A stretch of DNA of 62,025 nt from positions 1-62,025 of the IMG/VR virus record IMGVR_UViG_3300009181_000080, one strand, 5' to 3'. Every line of letters starts with the position of its first letter. The stretch's first letter is position 1. The notes under the pieces are model-generated. The model saw only the letters and a list, made by a program, of their open reading frames with translations, was not told where the DNA came from and ran no database searches. This stretch comes from a virus. Taxonomy: Duplodnaviria; Caudoviricetes. Of this stretch, positions 59,612-62,025 are shown piece by piece. The translations under genes and the position numbers were made by a program.

Positions 59612-60297
59612 AAATTATTGTAGGTAGCAGCTGGGGGGTTGGCACATTCGAGCGTGGCGGAAAATTGTCCGGACCGGGTATAGCACAATATTTAAATTTA
59701 CATGATGGGGTGATTAATTTATCAATTGGAGCTCATAGCAACTACTACTTACTGAGATCATTAGATAAATTTTTACAGCGGTTTACCCCAAATAACGACG
59801 ATACATTTTTTTGGATAGTAAATAGTCCGCTCATCAACGATGATCGGCACGGACTTGATGGGATTTGTAATGCTACCACAACAAACTTATACGATGCGAT
59901 ATTGGATAAATTATATGCACAGTTTGATCTTGCTAATCAATTGGCCAAACGGTCTAATATTATCATACACTTAATTGGCGGACTATGTGATTTAGACACA
60001 GTTGATATTGAGAAATTTTCTAATTTAAAAATTAAAGTGCCGAGCTGGGGTAAATTATGCGATGATTCCTATGCCGGTTGTATTTTTTCCTTTGGTGGAT
60101 TTGATAAACTACAGATACAAGTAGAAAAACATAATCAAAATTTATTGCCCGAGTTCACTAAATTACAAACAACAGCATATAAAAAGCGTCGTAGCATGGC
60201 ATTACTACATACTTTTTTTGAAGCAAATCATCCAACACAGGCTGCACACATAAAATTAAGAGATTTTTTGTATCCAGAACAGTCACACCTATTATAA
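59608..60297 (+). CDS. Divergent SGNH-like protein
   Basis: IVGSSWG, GAHSN, HPTQAAH. Start reassigned to the ATG at 59608. Confidence 0.55.
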   Translation: MKIIVGSSWGVGTFERGGKLSGPGIAQYLNLHDGVINLSIGAHSNYYLLRSLDKFLQRFTPNNDDTFFWIVNSPLINDDRHGLDGICNATTTNLYDAILDKLYAQFDLANQLAKRSNIIIHLIGGLCDLDTVDIEKFSNLKIKVPSWGKLCDDSYAGCIFSFGGFDKLQIQVEKHNQNLLPEFTKLQTTAYKKRRSMALLHTFFEANHPTQAAHIKLRDFLYPEQSHLL

Positions 60298-60309
60298 CGG
60301 AGAACTACA

Positions 60310-61170
60310 ATGACACAACGTATTTTAATTATGGGATTACCCGGAGCGGGCAAAACGACCTTGGCCAAGGAGCTTAAACAGTATTTAGAAGTACACGGCG
60401 ATTTAGCAAAAATCAATCCCGGGCGAATGCTAAATTATGAAGGAATCCCGGGCCCTAAATTTATGACGGTCGGTGTAGATTGGTTCAATGCCGATGATAT
60501 TCGTAGAAAATTCAATGACTGGGACTTTAGCAAAGAAGGTCGTATACGTCAAAGTTTACGTATGTTGCAATTTGCATTAGAGTGCTCGGGAGAATTTGTA
60601 ATTTGTGACTTTGTTGCTCCACTAGTTGAAATGCGTAATAACTTTAAAGCAGATTGGACTATATGGGTAGACACTATCCGAGAAGGTCGCTATGCTGATA
60701 CTAATGCTGCCTTTATTGAGCCTGAAGTATACGACTTCCGTGTAATAGAACAAGATGCTAAGAAGTGGGCTGAGTTTATTGGTAACCATATCATTGAGAA
60801 TCAACGTCGTCCTGTATTTGATTGGAAAAAAGAAACTGTGCAGATGTTGGGTCGCTGGCAACCCTGGCACGAAGGGCATCGCGCCTTGTTTGATCGTTTA
60901 ATAGCACGTACAGGGCAGGTAGTCATCCAAATAAGAGATGTACAGGGATGGCAAGGCAGTAACCCATTTGAAGTAGAAAAAGTCAAAGCATTTATTAAGC
61001 GTGACCTAGATCCAATCTACCAAGGGAAGTACGAAATACAAGTAGTGCCCAACATTATACATATTGGTTGGGGTCGTGGGGTGGGGTATACAAGCGGTGA
61101 AGAAACGTTTGATGAGAAAGTAACGGACATCAGTGCCACAAAGATTCGTAGGCAATTAGGTCTAAAATGA
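60310..61170 (+). CDS. APS-kinase-like P-loop domain fused to an HxGH nucleotidyltransferase
   Basis: GLPGAGKT, NADDIR, DFSKEGR; GRWQPWHEGH; ISATKIR. Confidence 0.8.
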   Translation: MTQRILIMGLPGAGKTTLAKELKQYLEVHGDLAKINPGRMLNYEGIPGPKFMTVGVDWFNADDIRRKFNDWDFSKEGRIRQSLRMLQFALECSGEFVICDFVAPLVEMRNNFKADWTIWVDTIREGRYADTNAAFIEPEVYDFRVIEQDAKKWAEFIGNHIIENQRRPVFDWKKETVQMLGRWQPWHEGHRALFDRLIARTGQVVIQIRDVQGWQGSNPFEVEKVKAFIKRDLDPIYQGKYEIQVVPNIIHIGWGRGVGYTSGEETFDEKVTDISATKIRRQLGLK

Positions 61171-61289
61171 TATACCAATTGGTCACTGGATTATTGTTAG
61201 CCACGGTATTATTTTTTTGTATTATAGGATTGTGCATTGGCCTTGGAAAACTAGCCGGCTATTTTAGTCCATATAAAAATATTAAATAG
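61167..61289 (+). CDS. Small membrane protein, 40 aa
   Basis: Translated by hand: MIYQLVTGLLLATVLFFCIIGLCIGLGKLAGYFSPYKNIK; ATGA overlap with the upstream gene; one hydrophobic helix. Confidence 0.55.
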   Translation: MIYQLVTGLLLATVLFFCIIGLCIGLGKLAGYFSPYKNIK

Positions 61290-62025
61290 GAACCGCTTGC
61301 CGTAATCTAAGATCAAATTTATACGGTGCGATAAATTGATAACGGTTACACATTAGTTGCAATTGATCTTTAAGATTCTCCCATTCTTTTTTAACAAAAT
61401 TGGGATCGTTAAAAGTATAGTAGTTATGCTCTAGTATAGGTTGCATTGCCAGTAGCATAGATTTTTGTTCATCGGATGTTAGTTTGGAAATGTTTTTAAG
61501 TATTTTGGTGATAGCTTGTAAACGTTTGATAGGATCTTCTATGGTGTCATAGCTTTCATCCCAGAAGTCACCAAACGTTTTAAATCCGTAACTGCGTAAA
61601 TATTCTAAGTTATATGCACAGCCAACAAGTATAAATGGCATACGTAATACGATAGGTTTAAATATCTTTTCTGTTAGATGTGTTTTACTTTGAAAGAAAC
61701 AAGTTTCTGTTACTAAAAATATAAAACTTTCCATTAGCTTACTAACGGGACTTAGCAACATACTTTGGTTGGGAATATAGGTTTCATCTTCAAAGTCGAT
61801 CCGTAACTCCGGTAACTGCGTGATGTTTGCGATAGCCTCATGTACTAGTTCCTTGGGTAGATTGTAGTCATCGATCGCATTTAGTAAATTACTTTCAAAC
61901 CTACCACCATCGGGGCAATTTTTACTGTAACTAACATGCCCATGGTTAAGTAAGTTATGTTTGTATAGTTCATTGACCAGTAAACTCCTATACACCCGCC
62001 GGTTACTGGTCAAACGATTAAAGGT
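61282..62025 (-). CDS. GT-B-like ('TEK' family) protein, 5'-truncated by the window edge
   Basis: FLVTET...HLTEKIFKPIVLRMPF...GFKTFGDFWDESYD...LEHN; the frame is open to 62025. Confidence 0.65.
   Translation of the reverse strand, partial: TFNRLTSNRRVYRSLLVNELYKHNLLNHGHVSYSKNCPDGGRFESNLLNAIDDYNLPKELVHEAIANITQLPELRIDFEDETYIPNQSMLLSPVSKLMESFIFLVTETCFFQSKTHLTEKIFKPIVLRMPFILVGCAYNLEYLRSYGFKTFGDFWDESYDTIEDPIKRLQAITKILKNISKLTSDEQKSMLLAMQPILEHNYYTFNDPNFVKKEWENLKDQLQLMCNRYQFIAPYKFDLRLRQAVPI

Noticed and set aside
1-62025. Stop-codon reassignment
   Set aside because: Genes up to 11.4 kb are intact in the standard code, and TAA, TAG and TGA all end genes at sensible positions.

Overview
A 62 kb fragment of a large, AT-rich, T4-related (Rak2/GAP32-like 'jumbo') myophage genome in the standard genetic code. 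It has four parts. (1) 1-8.0 kb, minus strand: T4-type gp55 late sigma factor, gp47 and gp46, interrupted by radical SAM and SGNH-like cassettes. These are followed by a small GIY-YIG nuclease gene and a ~500 nt hairpin-dense non-coding region that looks like an unannotated structured RNA, with a twin GUGAC-N10-GGAUGAU motif. (2) 8.1-41.2 kb, plus strand: baseplate and tail module (gp53, gp5, gp25 and gp6-like proteins, a 3801 aa giant virion protein, several fibre proteins with self-cleaving chaperone domains, and three genes with CFI-box-like modules), with repeated AATAAATA late promoters. (3) 41.2-61.3 kb, plus strand: a ~20 kb biosynthetic-type operon with six radical SAM enzymes carrying N-terminal twitch/SPASM-like domains, glycosyltransferase-like and SGNH-like proteins, a 2OG-Fe(II) oxygenase, a NodU-type carbamoyltransferase, a kinase/nucleotidyltransferase fusion and two small ORFs missed by the track. 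(4) A truncated convergent glycosyltransferase-like gene at the right edge. At two places an inserted cassette has left a duplicated 5' end of the downstream gene. All family assignments come from motif recognition by eye; no database search was run.
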